Shown: positions 8,706 to 17,306, numbered from the stretch's first letter. The stretch: DNA of 25,797 nucleotides from an uncultured bacterium (GCA_965370465.1 CBDUUS010000001.1:1-25797), one strand, 5' to 3'. Made by a program: numbers and translations. Notes: generated by a model not told the origin, from the letters alone.

Positions 8706-9050
8706 ATGGAAGATTGCCTTTTTTGCAAAATTATTAACAGGGAAATAGATAGCGATATAGTATATGAGAACGAACATGTACTGGTATTTAATGATATATC
8801 GCCAGTAGCTCCAGTCCATCTTCTTGTCGTGCCCAAAAAGCATGTCAGCTCGATTATGGAGATCGATAAATTAAAAGGCTCTGAAATAAATGAGATAATG
8901 AAAACAATAAAAAAAATGGCCACGGACCTTTGTCTTGATAAAAAAGGCTTCAGGGTGGTCACCAATACCGGGCCCGGTGCGGGACAATCTGTGGATCATC
9001 TTCATTTTCATATACTGGGCCAGAGAAAATTTGAATGGCCGCCGGGGTAG
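8706..9050 (+). CDS. histidine triad (HINT-type) nucleotide-binding protein
   Basis: DCLFCKI N-terminus, DISPVAPVH.LVVPK, GQSVDHLHFHILG histidine triad, WPPG C-terminus. Confidence 0.97.
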   Translation: MEDCLFCKIINREIDSDIVYENEHVLVFNDISPVAPVHLLVVPKKHVSSIMEIDKLKGSEINEIMKTIKKMATDLCLDKKGFRVVTNTGPGAGQSVDHLHFHILGQRKFEWPPG

Positions 9051-9117
9051 GTGTGCCGCTACTGATGCAGATATAGTTTAGTAGAAGGTAATATAATCAA
9101 ACTTTCAAGGAGGGGCA

Positions 9118-10089
9118 TTGTCTCCCGTTAAACATAAAATCAATCTTGAGTTTACAAGCGGTCATTGTATAGCAGAACTTTTGGGCGACAGGGATGAGCT
9201 GATAAAACTTGTTGAGAGAAAGCATAATGTGGAAATATTTATTCTTGGAGATGACCTGGAGATATCTGGAAAAACAAAGAATGTGAAAGAAGCCGCTGGA
9301 TTGATCAAGGAACTGGCATTTCAGGTAAATCTTGGCCAGCAAATAAATAAAGAGAAAGTAAGCGATTCAATAAAGATAATGGAGAATAAATCAGAGCTTA
9401 AACCGCACCAGGTCTTTAATGACAGTATAATTGTAAATAGCGGTAAAAAGATAAAGCCCAGGACCAGCGGACAAAAGAAATATATTGATTCCATCAGAAG
9501 GAACACTATAGTATTCAGCATAGGTCCGGCAGGTACGGGAAAGACCTATCTGGCGCTTGCAGCTGCTGTTGAAGCTTTAAAAGAAGACAGGGTAGGAAGG
9601 ATAATCCTTGTAAAACCTGTAGTAGAAGCAGGCGAAAAGCTCGGGTTCTTACCTGGAGACATATATGATAAAGTAAATCCATATCTAAGGCCGCTTTATG
9701 ATGCATTATATGAGATGCTTGATATAGAAAAGTTTCAGCAGTACCGGGATATGGGGATAATCGAAGTAGTGCCTCTGGCATATATGAGGGGAAGGACGCT
9801 TAATGATTCCTTTATACTCCTCGATGAGGCTCAGAATACATCGCCTGAACAAATGATGATGTTTCTGACAAGACTGGGTTTTGGTTCAAAAATGGTCATT
9901 ACCGGAGATATCACACAGGTGGATCTGCCCGGTGACAGGCAATCAGGACTTATACTGGTGAAAAGCATACTTAATAAAATTGAAGGTATTGAATTTGTGA
10001 ATTTGACTTCAAAAGATATTGTAAGGCATGAACTGGTCCAGAAGATAGTGGATGCATATAAGGAATTTGATGACAGGATAAAAAAATAA
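9118..10089 (+). CDS. phoH: PhoH family ATPase (PhoH/YbeZ-like)
   Basis: Walker A GPAGTGKT, VEAGEKLGFLPGD, YMRGRT, LDEAQN, GDITQVD; TTG start with AAGGAGG RBS. Confidence 0.95.
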   Translation: MSPVKHKINLEFTSGHCIAELLGDRDELIKLVERKHNVEIFILGDDLEISGKTKNVKEAAGLIKELAFQVNLGQQINKEKVSDSIKIMENKSELKPHQVFNDSIIVNSGKKIKPRTSGQKKYIDSIRRNTIVFSIGPAGTGKTYLALAAAVEALKEDRVGRIILVKPVVEAGEKLGFLPGDIYDKVNPYLRPLYDALYEMLDIEKFQQYRDMGIIEVVPLAYMRGRTLNDSFILLDEAQNTSPEQMMMFLTRLGFGSKMVITGDITQVDLPGDRQSGLILVKSILNKIEGIEFVNLTSKDIVRHELVQKIVDAYKEFDDRIKK

Positions 10090-10101
10090 GAAGTTTGAGC
10101 C

Positions 10102-12300
10102 ATGATTATAAAGAGTAAAACAAAAAAAATAATTTTAAAGGATAGTAAAAAAGATAAGACTACTGATGGGTTTTTCAGAAGATATTTTGCGCCTGGAAGC
10201 AAAATAGCCCAGAGGCTATATATTTTTATAGTGACCCTTGGGCTGATCGTGGCTATATTATCATATGTATATGCTCCTGATATTGGGATAGAACTGGGTA
10301 GTTCCAGCCCCAGGACAATGAAGGCCAATAAGGGAATTGAATTTGAAGATATTATAAAGACTGAAGAGGACCGTAATTCAAATGAAGCTGAAGTCGAGGA
10401 TATATATGTCTACAATCTCGAAGTATTAAATGGGGAAGAAGGTTCCCTGTACCAGATAAGGTATTTTTATCTTCTGACTTCTATTGTGCAGAAAAAGGAA
10501 AATATAGCAATAGAGGAAAAGGTCGATTACCTTACAAACCTATTTGGCAATGAATATCCTGAGTCCATAGTCACAGCCGGGCTGGATCTTTCAGTAGATG
10601 AGCTGAATATATTGCTTGAAAGGACCCAGAAAATCACCCGGGAAGTGATGAAGGAAGAAATCAAGCCGACGGAGCTTGATTTTGCCAAAAGTACTGCAGT
10701 CTCCATGGCCGAAGCAGACTCCGGGATCCCGCTGGCAATATTACCGATAGTCACTGCTGTTCTTCAAAAAAATATTCAGCCTACGGCAGTATTTGACCCT
10801 GTCGGGACCGAAAATGCAAGGGAAGAAGCAAGACTTAACACTATTCCCCATATGGTGAATATTGCGGAGGGACAGACTATTGTATTTGAGGGGGAGATTG
10901 TAAATGAAACTGATATAATAATTCTTACGCGGCTCGGATTGCTGCAGAGGGAATTCAATTGGAGCAGATTCCTTTATGTACTCTTTATCTGTGCAGTAAC
11001 GATGTTTTTGTTTGGTTTTTATCTTTATAGATTTGATAATAATATTTTTAATAACTCAAAAAAGCTGATTATGAGCGCCCTTCTTATAATAATATTTACG
11101 GCTCTGATCAAAATATTTACTATATTGTCTTCCATACATATGAATTTCTGGAATTATCTTTTTCCGATAATAACGGTATCGCTTATAAGCACTATACTCT
11201 TTAATGCCAGGGTAGGTATCATGCTTACTGTGTGTCTTGGACTTTTTGCCGGGATAGCCACAAATTTTGATTTTTCTATAACTGTGACTTATATACTCGG
11301 AGGCATATTTGCCACATTTATGGTATCAAAAGTCTCTCAGAGATCGGAAGTCATGAGGGCCGGTTTTATAAGTTCTATTATGCTTGCATTCCTCTTTTTG
11401 ACCGTCAATCTTATAGGTGGGGAATTCAGCACCATTGCGCTATATACGGTAATGGGAATATTAAATGGCATAGTATCTGCAATAATTGCAATCGGGCTCC
11501 TGCCATTTATAGAATCCACATTTAATGTAGTAACAGCAATGGGCCTTCTTGAATTGTCCCATACCGACCAGCCGCTTTTAAAACAGCTATTGATAGCTGC
11601 TCCGGGAACATATAATCACAGCCTTCTCGTGGGACATCTATCTGAAAATGCGGCCAAGGCTATAAAAGCTGATTCATTGCTTGTAAAGGTAGCGGCCCTT
11701 TATCATGACCTTGGAAAAATAAAAAGACCCGAATATTTCTATGAGAACCAGGGGGATATCAAAAACGTGCATGACAAATTAAATCCTTCGATGAGCAGGA
11801 ATATTATTGCAAACCATATTAAGGACGGTCTGGAAGTGGCACGCCAGAATAAAATACCGCAGAGAGTATTAAATATCATCTCTCAGCATCACGGAAATTC
11901 TCTCATATCGTATTTTTATGAAAAGCAGAAGAATAAATCCAGTGCAGTAAATGAGGGTTCCAATGGCCTGAAGGGACATTTTAGATATCCTGCCATGAAA
12001 CCGCAGAGCAAGGAAGCAGCGATACTCATGCTTGCTGATTCAACAGAAGCAGCTGTGAGGTCCATTGAAAAAATAACTCCTAAAAAGATAGAACAGATGG
12101 TAAGTGATATAGTAGAGGACAGGATAAAAGATGGACAGCTCACTCAGGCATCAATAACATTTAAAGAGATAGAAATAGTAAAAACTACACTTATTGACGG
12201 GCTGATCGCTATTTATCATTCACGCATACCATATCAGAAAAGTGACGGGTCCGCTCCTGAAGAAGATATGAGTATGATAGCGAGTAGTGATTATTATTAA
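10102..12300 (+). CDS. 7TM-HD membrane phosphohydrolase, PgpH-like (putative c-di-AMP phosphodiesterase)
   Basis: N-terminal TM helix, extracellular domain, multi-TM block, then APGTYNHS, YHDLGK, HHG and MLADS HD-domain motifs; lies between phoH and ybeY, as pgpH/yqfF does. Confidence 0.9.
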   Translation: MIIKSKTKKIILKDSKKDKTTDGFFRRYFAPGSKIAQRLYIFIVTLGLIVAILSYVYAPDIGIELGSSSPRTMKANKGIEFEDIIKTEEDRNSNEAEVEDIYVYNLEVLNGEEGSLYQIRYFYLLTSIVQKKENIAIEEKVDYLTNLFGNEYPESIVTAGLDLSVDELNILLERTQKITREVMKEEIKPTELDFAKSTAVSMAEADSGIPLAILPIVTAVLQKNIQPTAVFDPVGTENAREEARLNTIPHMVNIAEGQTIVFEGEIVNETDIIILTRLGLLQREFNWSRFLYVLFICAVTMFLFGFYLYRFDNNIFNNSKKLIMSALLIIIFTALIKIFTILSSIHMNFWNYLFPIITVSLISTILFNARVGIMLTVCLGLFAGIATNFDFSITVTYILGGIFATFMVSKVSQRSEVMRAGFISSIMLAFLFLTVNLIGGEFSTIALYTVMGILNGIVSAIIAIGLLPFIESTFNVVTAMGLLELSHTDQPLLKQLLIAAPGTYNHSLLVGHLSENAAKAIKADSLLVKVAALYHDLGKIKRPEYFYENQGDIKNVHDKLNPSMSRNIIANHIKDGLEVARQNKIPQRVLNIISQHHGNSLISYFYEKQKNKSSAVNEGSNGLKGHFRYPAMKPQSKEAAILMLADSTEAAVRSIEKITPKKIEQMVSDIVEDRIKDGQLTQASITFKEIEIVKTTLIDGLIAIYHSRIPYQKSDGSAPEEDMSMIASSDYY

Positions 12301-12308
12301 TACTTACT

Positions 12309-12779
12309 ATGCAAACAGAAATAATTAATAATCAGAATAAGGTAAAATTCGATTTCGAGCTTATCGGGAGATCCTCTTCCTGTATCTCAGATAAATTTGA
12401 TCCGGATAATAATAAATCCCTTAATATAATATTTATCACGAGTGATGAAATACAGAAACTTAATAAAAACTACAGGAATGTTGATGGGCCCACAGATGTC
12501 CTTTCGTTTTCGTATCTTCCGGACATAGATGATGCAGGAGCGGGAGGCGGCCCTGCTGTTATAGGAGAGATCTATATCTCTCCTGAAGCGGCACTTAAAA
12601 ATTCCAGAGATCAGGGAGAAGGCTGGAGTCTCAAGCTGGAAATAATGCTGCTTATAATCCATGGGATTCTGCATATTTATGGCTATGACCATGAAGATGA
12701 AGAAGAAAGAGCCATAATGTATAATATTCAAGACAGCATGATCCATGATTTAAGAAATAAAAGCTGGAACTGGTATTGA
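12309..12779 (+). CDS. ybeY: rRNA maturation endoribonuclease YbeY
   Basis: LN..YR..DGPTDVLSF, GEIYIS and IHGILHIYGYDH zinc motif. Confidence 0.97.
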   Translation: MQTEIINNQNKVKFDFELIGRSSSCISDKFDPDNNKSLNIIFITSDEIQKLNKNYRNVDGPTDVLSFSYLPDIDDAGAGGGPAVIGEIYISPEAALKNSRDQGEGWSLKLEIMLLIIHGILHIYGYDHEDEEERAIMYNIQDSMIHDLRNKSWNWY

Positions 12780-12831
12780 CACATATTGTAAAATCTATAA
12801 TAGATATATTTTTTCATTAAGGATAAGTTAT

Positions 12832-13302
12832 ATGGAAATGGGTATGATCACAATAAAGCATATTGAAGATTTTGATCTGAAGCTTATAAACACCCTGTGT
12901 GAATTGGAAATAGAAAATCTTGGAAATGAAGCCGCTATCAATCAATGGGTAATACCTGTACTAATAAGGTATGGTTTGGTATCTATTGCAGAAAAGCTGC
13001 CGGAGCAGGAAATAGCAGGCGTATGCCAGGTACTAAGAAATTACGGTGATCCATCCGGTGCTTTTATCCATTCATTTTATATCCGGCCCGGCTCCAGGGA
13101 CAGGAAAATAGGAAAATTGCTTCTTAAAGGAGTTATAAATAAATTAAAATCAGATGATCTTAAGAAAGTACATTTAACAGTGGATCCTGAAAATATTCCG
13201 GCAGCAGCTCTTTACAGTTCCGTCGGATTTAAACGGGCAGGAGTCAGGAAAGATGAATATGGAAAGGGAATCGATAGGGACCTTTATGTACTGGCATTAT
13301 GA
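12832..13302 (+). CDS. GNAT family N-acetyltransferase (RimI-like fold), substrate unknown
   Basis: Motif A-like FYIRPGSRDRKIGK; motif B LTVDPEN.PA..LY..VGF; stop overlaps the era start (ATGA). Confidence 0.85.
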   Translation: MEMGMITIKHIEDFDLKLINTLCELEIENLGNEAAINQWVIPVLIRYGLVSIAEKLPEQEIAGVCQVLRNYGDPSGAFIHSFYIRPGSRDRKIGKLLLKGVINKLKSDDLKKVHLTVDPENIPAAALYSSVGFKRAGVRKDEYGKGIDRDLYVLAL

Positions 13303-14204
13303 CGGAGAAGGATATTATTAAATCAGGATTCATAGGTCTTATAGGACGGACCAATGTTGGGAAATCAACATTGGTAAATAAAATACTGAAACAAAAAATA
13401 CTGGCAACCTCGGATAAAGTACAGACTACCAGAAACTGTGTCCGCTGTATTTTAAATACTGATAGGAGCCAGATGATCTTTGTAGATAGCCCGGGCTTTT
13501 TCAAACCGAGGAATCTTTTTCAGGAGAGGCTCAATAATAGTGCAGATAGGGTAATAGGCGATGTGGATATCATTGCAGTAGTAGTTGATGCAGCAGGAGG
13601 CATTGGAAGAGGGGACAGGTTTGTATTTAAGCAGATAAGCAAAAGCAAGCTGCCGAAAATACTGCTTCTAAATAAAATTGATCTGATAAAAGACGGAAGG
13701 CTTAAAGAGCAGAGAGAGGAAATAGCAAATGAAGAGCTTTTTGATGATATATTTGAGGTTTCTGCAAGGACCGGTGAAAACATTGATAAATTCATCGAAG
13801 TACTGGAGAAAATTCTTCCTGAAGGACCCAGGTACTATGATGAGGATATGGTATGCGATCAGCCCCGGGAAAAGATGATATCAGAGGCTGTAAGAGAGAA
13901 ATTGTTTAAGAATCTTTCTGATGAGATACCCCACAGCATAATGGTAGAAATCGATAGCCTTAAGGAGTCAAGGACCCGGTCCGGTGAAAAGCTTATTTCG
14001 GCCGAGTGTTCAATATATACTGAAAGGAATTCTCAGAAAGCAATAATAATAGGAAAATCGGGCAGTATGTTAAAAAAAGTCGGCCGGCAGGCAAGACAGG
14101 AATTAGAAAAGCTATTTGGAAACAAGGTCTTTCTTCAGTTATGGGTAAAAGTAAGAAAAAACTGGACAAAAGAAGAATCGTTCCTTGACCGTTTCGGCTA
14201 TTAG
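13299..14204 (+). CDS. era: GTPase Era
   Basis: G1 GRTNVGKST, G2 QTTR, G3 DSPG, G4 NKID, EIPHS, KH domain IIIGKSG, L.LWVKV..NW. Confidence 0.98.
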   Translation: MTEKDIIKSGFIGLIGRTNVGKSTLVNKILKQKILATSDKVQTTRNCVRCILNTDRSQMIFVDSPGFFKPRNLFQERLNNSADRVIGDVDIIAVVVDAAGGIGRGDRFVFKQISKSKLPKILLLNKIDLIKDGRLKEQREEIANEELFDDIFEVSARTGENIDKFIEVLEKILPEGPRYYDEDMVCDQPREKMISEAVREKLFKNLSDEIPHSIMVEIDSLKESRTRSGEKLISAECSIYTERNSQKAIIIGKSGSMLKKVGRQARQELEKLFGNKVFLQLWVKVRKNWTKEESFLDRFGY

Positions 14205-14280
14205 CTGTTTTTAGACAGTATCAAGGATTGCTTAAGTATCGAGGCAATAATTAATTTATTAAAGTTTAAACAAAGGTAGG

Positions 14281-14991
14281 GTGGTTAAAATATTAACTAA
14301 GGAGCAATTAGCGAAAACTATTGATCAGACACTGCTTAATCCTGTAGCGACTCCAAAAGAAATAAAATATCTTTGCATGAATGCCAAAAATGAGCATTTT
14401 GCAGCCGTAGTGGTCAATCCGACGAATGTTATTCTGGCTGTGAAGATACTTGGCGATACTGATGTAAAGGTATGTTCGGTGATAGGTTATCCGCTTGGAG
14501 CAAATACTATAGAGACCAAGATCTTTGAATCCAGGGATTGCGTCAAAAAGGGTGCAGGAGAGCTTGATGTGGTTATAAATATCGGAGCAGTAAAGAGTGG
14601 TAATTATGAATATATTGAGAAAGAGCTGAGTGTTCTTGTAAGTATAATACGGCGTGATCAGATAGCCGAGTATAACCGCCATATTAATATCAAGATAATC
14701 ATAGAGACCGGGATACTATCAAAAGATGAAGTAAGAAAGGTCAGTTCGATAGTCGAAAGATCAGGTGCAGATTTTATAAAGACTTCAACAGGTTTTGGAG
14801 CAAAGGGAGTAGAGCTGGATGATGTCCGCCTGATAAGGGAAGTCGTCACAAGGAATATAGGGGTGAAGGCTTCAGGCGGTATCAAAACTTTTGAAGATGC
14901 GCAGGCATTGATAGATGCAGGAGCTACAAGGCTTGGCACCAGCAGCGGAGTAAATATCATAAAGGAATATAGTATTATATTTGATAAATAA
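14281..14991 (+). CDS. deoC: deoxyribose-phosphate aldolase
   Basis: IDQTLL, VIGYPLGA, GAGELD, Schiff-base DFIKTSTGF, GVKASGGI, RLGTSSG; GTG start. Confidence 0.96.
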   Translation: MVKILTKEQLAKTIDQTLLNPVATPKEIKYLCMNAKNEHFAAVVVNPTNVILAVKILGDTDVKVCSVIGYPLGANTIETKIFESRDCVKKGAGELDVVINIGAVKSGNYEYIEKELSVLVSIIRRDQIAEYNRHINIKIIIETGILSKDEVRKVSSIVERSGADFIKTSTGFGAKGVELDDVRLIREVVTRNIGVKASGGIKTFEDAQALIDAGATRLGTSSGVNIIKEYSIIFDK

Positions 14992-15060
14992 TAATATTAT
15001 CAAATAATCGGCTAATAATTTTAAATATACTATTTCAAGAATAAATTAAATTATTTTTAT

Positions 15061-15840
15061 ATGTCTACTTATAAAGCCAGAGCCATCATAATAAGGACCT
15101 ATAAGCTTGGAGAGGCAGATAAGATCATAAAGATGTATTCCGGAGAGGGACAGGTGATTTCGGCAGTTGCAAAGGGATCCAGAAAGATAAGGTCCAGGTT
15201 CCAGGGACGTCTTGAACTTTTCAATATGGTAGATCTGGAGCTTTCCCGGGGAAGGAACCTCGATATAATCAATCAGGCAGAGATAGTTCACGCTTTTTCT
15301 AAGATCCCCCTGGACTTTTACAGATTTGTATTTGCAGAGATAATATCAAATATCATATTGAAGACGCAGATCTCGGGAGATGGCAATCCGGCACTTTCTA
15401 AACTACTCTATATCTGTCTCAATGAAATAGATAATACCGGGCAGGAAGATATAGCATCGCTTAAAAAAATAGTATGCTTTTTTAGCGCGAGATTTCTACA
15501 GGCCACAGGCTTTGCTCCAATGATGGATTCATGCAGCAGATGCAATAAGGATTCCGGGGACCTGTACAAGAGGGTGAAGACGAGTATAGGTTTTTCGGTA
15601 AAATATGGAGGTGTTCTCTGCAGGTCATGTTCGGCAGTAAGCAGTTCCAGAGCGCAGCTCAGCGCTTCCAGCTTCAGATTGCTCTCGGATCTCTTCAGGT
15701 TAAAAATGGAAGATCTGAGAGATATTGAAGTGGATCCTCACAGCCTGAGAAAGATCTACCGGCTCATAGAAGAATATATAGTCTTTCACACTGGATGTAC
15801 CGTCGATAGTTTTAAATACCTGAAAAAAATAGGTATCTAA
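15061..15840 (+). CDS. recO: DNA repair protein RecO
   Basis: LGEADKI, AVAKG.RK, LELF OB-fold N-terminus; CSRC...GGVLCRSC zinc finger. Confidence 0.96.
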   Translation: MSTYKARAIIIRTYKLGEADKIIKMYSGEGQVISAVAKGSRKIRSRFQGRLELFNMVDLELSRGRNLDIINQAEIVHAFSKIPLDFYRFVFAEIISNIILKTQISGDGNPALSKLLYICLNEIDNTGQEDIASLKKIVCFFSARFLQATGFAPMMDSCSRCNKDSGDLYKRVKTSIGFSVKYGGVLCRSCSAVSSSRAQLSASSFRLLSDLFRLKMEDLRDIEVDPHSLRKIYRLIEEYIVFHTGCTVDSFKYLKKIGI

Positions 15841-15844
15841 GATA

Positions 15845-15873
15845 TTGATATTATCAGGGGAATCATTTATAGT
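15845..15873 (+). promoter_or_regulatory. sigma70-type promoter of the toxin-antitoxin remnant
   Basis: TTGATA (15845-15850), 17 nt spacer, TATAGT (15868-15873); palindrome TGATA-T-TATCA (15846-15856) overlaps the -35; AAGGAG RBS at 15913-15918. Confidence 0.6.
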
Positions 15874-15924
15874 CTTATTAGAAAGTTAAACATTCAAACA
15901 GTAAAACTATATAAGGAGCATATT

Positions 15925-16095
15925 ATGCTGGTAGATCTAAAACAGAAATCACAGGTTACGATCCCAAAGGTACTATTAGAAAAGTTAAAATTAAAAATAG
16001 GTGATAAATTAGATATTGAAGAAAAAGATGGAAAATTAATAGCTATTCCTGTGGTAATGGTTCCAAGGGACCAATTACCCCTCATTAAGGATTAA
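15925..16095 (+). CDS. AbrB/MazE/SpoVT-family DNA-binding protein (antitoxin type), C-terminally truncated; not in ORF track
   Basis: MLVDLKQKSQVTIPKVLLEKLKLKIGDKLDIEEKDGKLIAIPVVMVPRDQLPLIKD* (56 aa); swapped-hairpin Q.TIP...L.L..GD motif; strong RBS. Confidence 0.85.
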   Translation: MLVDLKQKSQVTIPKVLLEKLKLKIGDKLDIEEKDGKLIAIPVVMVPRDQLPLIKD

Positions 16096-16228
16096 AAAAA
16101 TACAGGGTAAAAGGGGAATTTTCGAGGCAAGCATTGATATGGATATTAAAATAACCTGGCAATATATTGAAGGCGGGATATACCTTAGAAGTATGGGCCG
16201 GCATGACAAAACTTTAAAAAATTATTGA
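16073..16228 (+). pseudogene. C-terminal half of a RelE/ParE-superfamily toxin with no start codon
   Basis: +1 frame relative to the antitoxin reads NYPSLRIKKIQGKRGIFEASIDMDIKITWQYIEGGIYLRSMGRHDKTLKNY*. This resembles the (H/Y)PSLR.KK.QG...I.EAS..M..R.T......LR..G.HD pattern of small RelE-like toxins. There is an in-frame stop at 16055 and no ATG/GTG/TTG before 16139. Confidence 0.7.
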
Positions 16229-16248
16229 GTTTAAAATAAGGAACTTTA

Positions 16249-17169
16249 ATGAAGATAGCAAATAATATTACAGAACTGATCGGAAACACCCCTCTTGTCA
16301 GGTTGAACGGTATTTCAAGCAAAACAGGGGCCGATATTGCGGCAAAACTTGAAAGCTTCAATCCGCTGTCAAGCATAAAGGACAGGATAGGCCATTCGAT
16401 GATAAGGGATGGCGAAGAGAAAGGGCTTATTAATAAAGATACCACGATAATAGAGGCCACAAGCGGCAATACAGGCATAGCCCTGGCATATATCTGTGCT
16501 GTAAAGGGATACAGGCTCATCCTTACTATGCCTGATACCATGTCTGTGGAACGCAGGAAGATTTTAAAGATCTTTGGAGCAGAACTGGTACTCACTCCCG
16601 GAGCCAGCGGCATGAAAGGTGCAGTGGAGGAAGCTGAGCTGCTCCACAAGAAGACTCCTGATTCATATATCCCCCGGCAATTTAATAATCCGGCAAATCC
16701 TGAAATACACCGCCGGACCACTGCAGAAGAAATATGGTCCGATACTGATGGTAAAATAGATATACTGGTATGCGGTGTCGGAACAGGAGGCACAATTACA
16801 GGGATCACTGAAGAATTGAAAAAGAGAAAACCTGGCCTTATATCTATTGCTGTAGAACCTTTTGATTCTCCCGTGCTTTCTGGAGGAAAACCGGGGACCC
16901 ATAAGATACAGGGGATCGGAGCCGGCTTTATCCCCGAAATTATAGATCTGGGACTAATAGACGAAATAATAAAAATAAAAAATGAGGATGCGGTTGAAAC
17001 TGCGAGGAGGCTGGCAGCCGAAGAGGGGATCCTTGCAGGCATATCTTCAGGAGCGGCGGTTAGTGCAGCGATCGAAGCAGCAAAGCGTAAAGAAAATAAA
17101 AATAAATTAATAGTGGTCATCCTGCCTGATACAGGAGAACGCTACCTTTCAACCGATTTATTTGATTGA
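16249..17169 (+). CDS. cysK: cysteine synthase A (O-acetylserine sulfhydrylase)
   Basis: IGNTPLV, PLP lysine in [46 protein letters not shown]. Confidence 0.97.
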   Translation: MKIANNITELIGNTPLVRLNGISSKTGADIAAKLESFNPLSSIKDRIGHSMIRDGEEKGLINKDTTIIEATSGNTGIALAYICAVKGYRLILTMPDTMSVERRKILKIFGAELVLTPGASGMKGAVEEAELLHKKTPDSYIPRQFNNPANPEIHRRTTAEEIWSDTDGKIDILVCGVGTGGTITGITEELKKRKPGLISIAVEPFDSPVLSGGKPGTHKIQGIGAGFIPEIIDLGLIDEIIKIKNEDAVETARRLAAEEGILAGISSGAAVSAAIEAAKRKENKNKLIVVILPDTGERYLSTDLFD

Positions 17170-17277
17170 TAGATAAATATGCAGGGGGCATTATAATAGC
17201 TTATCGGCATCTGTTCAAATCTATGCAGGATGATCTTTTCCATAAAGAAAAATGCCGGGTATAATCATTTTCGCTGA

Positions 17278-17306
17278 TTGACTATTAAATCTAATATGAT
17301 TAAAAT
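17278..17306 (+). promoter_or_regulatory. sigma70-type promoter immediately before glyQ
   Basis: TTGACT (17278-17283), 17 nt spacer, TAAAAT (17301-17306); the ATG is at 17315. Confidence 0.6.

Noticed and set aside
14227-14248. Small hairpin ATTGCTT/AGGCAAT after era as a terminator
   Set aside because: Weak AU-rich 7-bp stem with only a mixed A/T tail; not distinguishable from chance.
16185-17120. 311-aa antisense ORF opposite cysK
   Set aside because: Codon-register shadow of a conserved gene; Ser/Ile/Pro-rich, no motif, no RBS.
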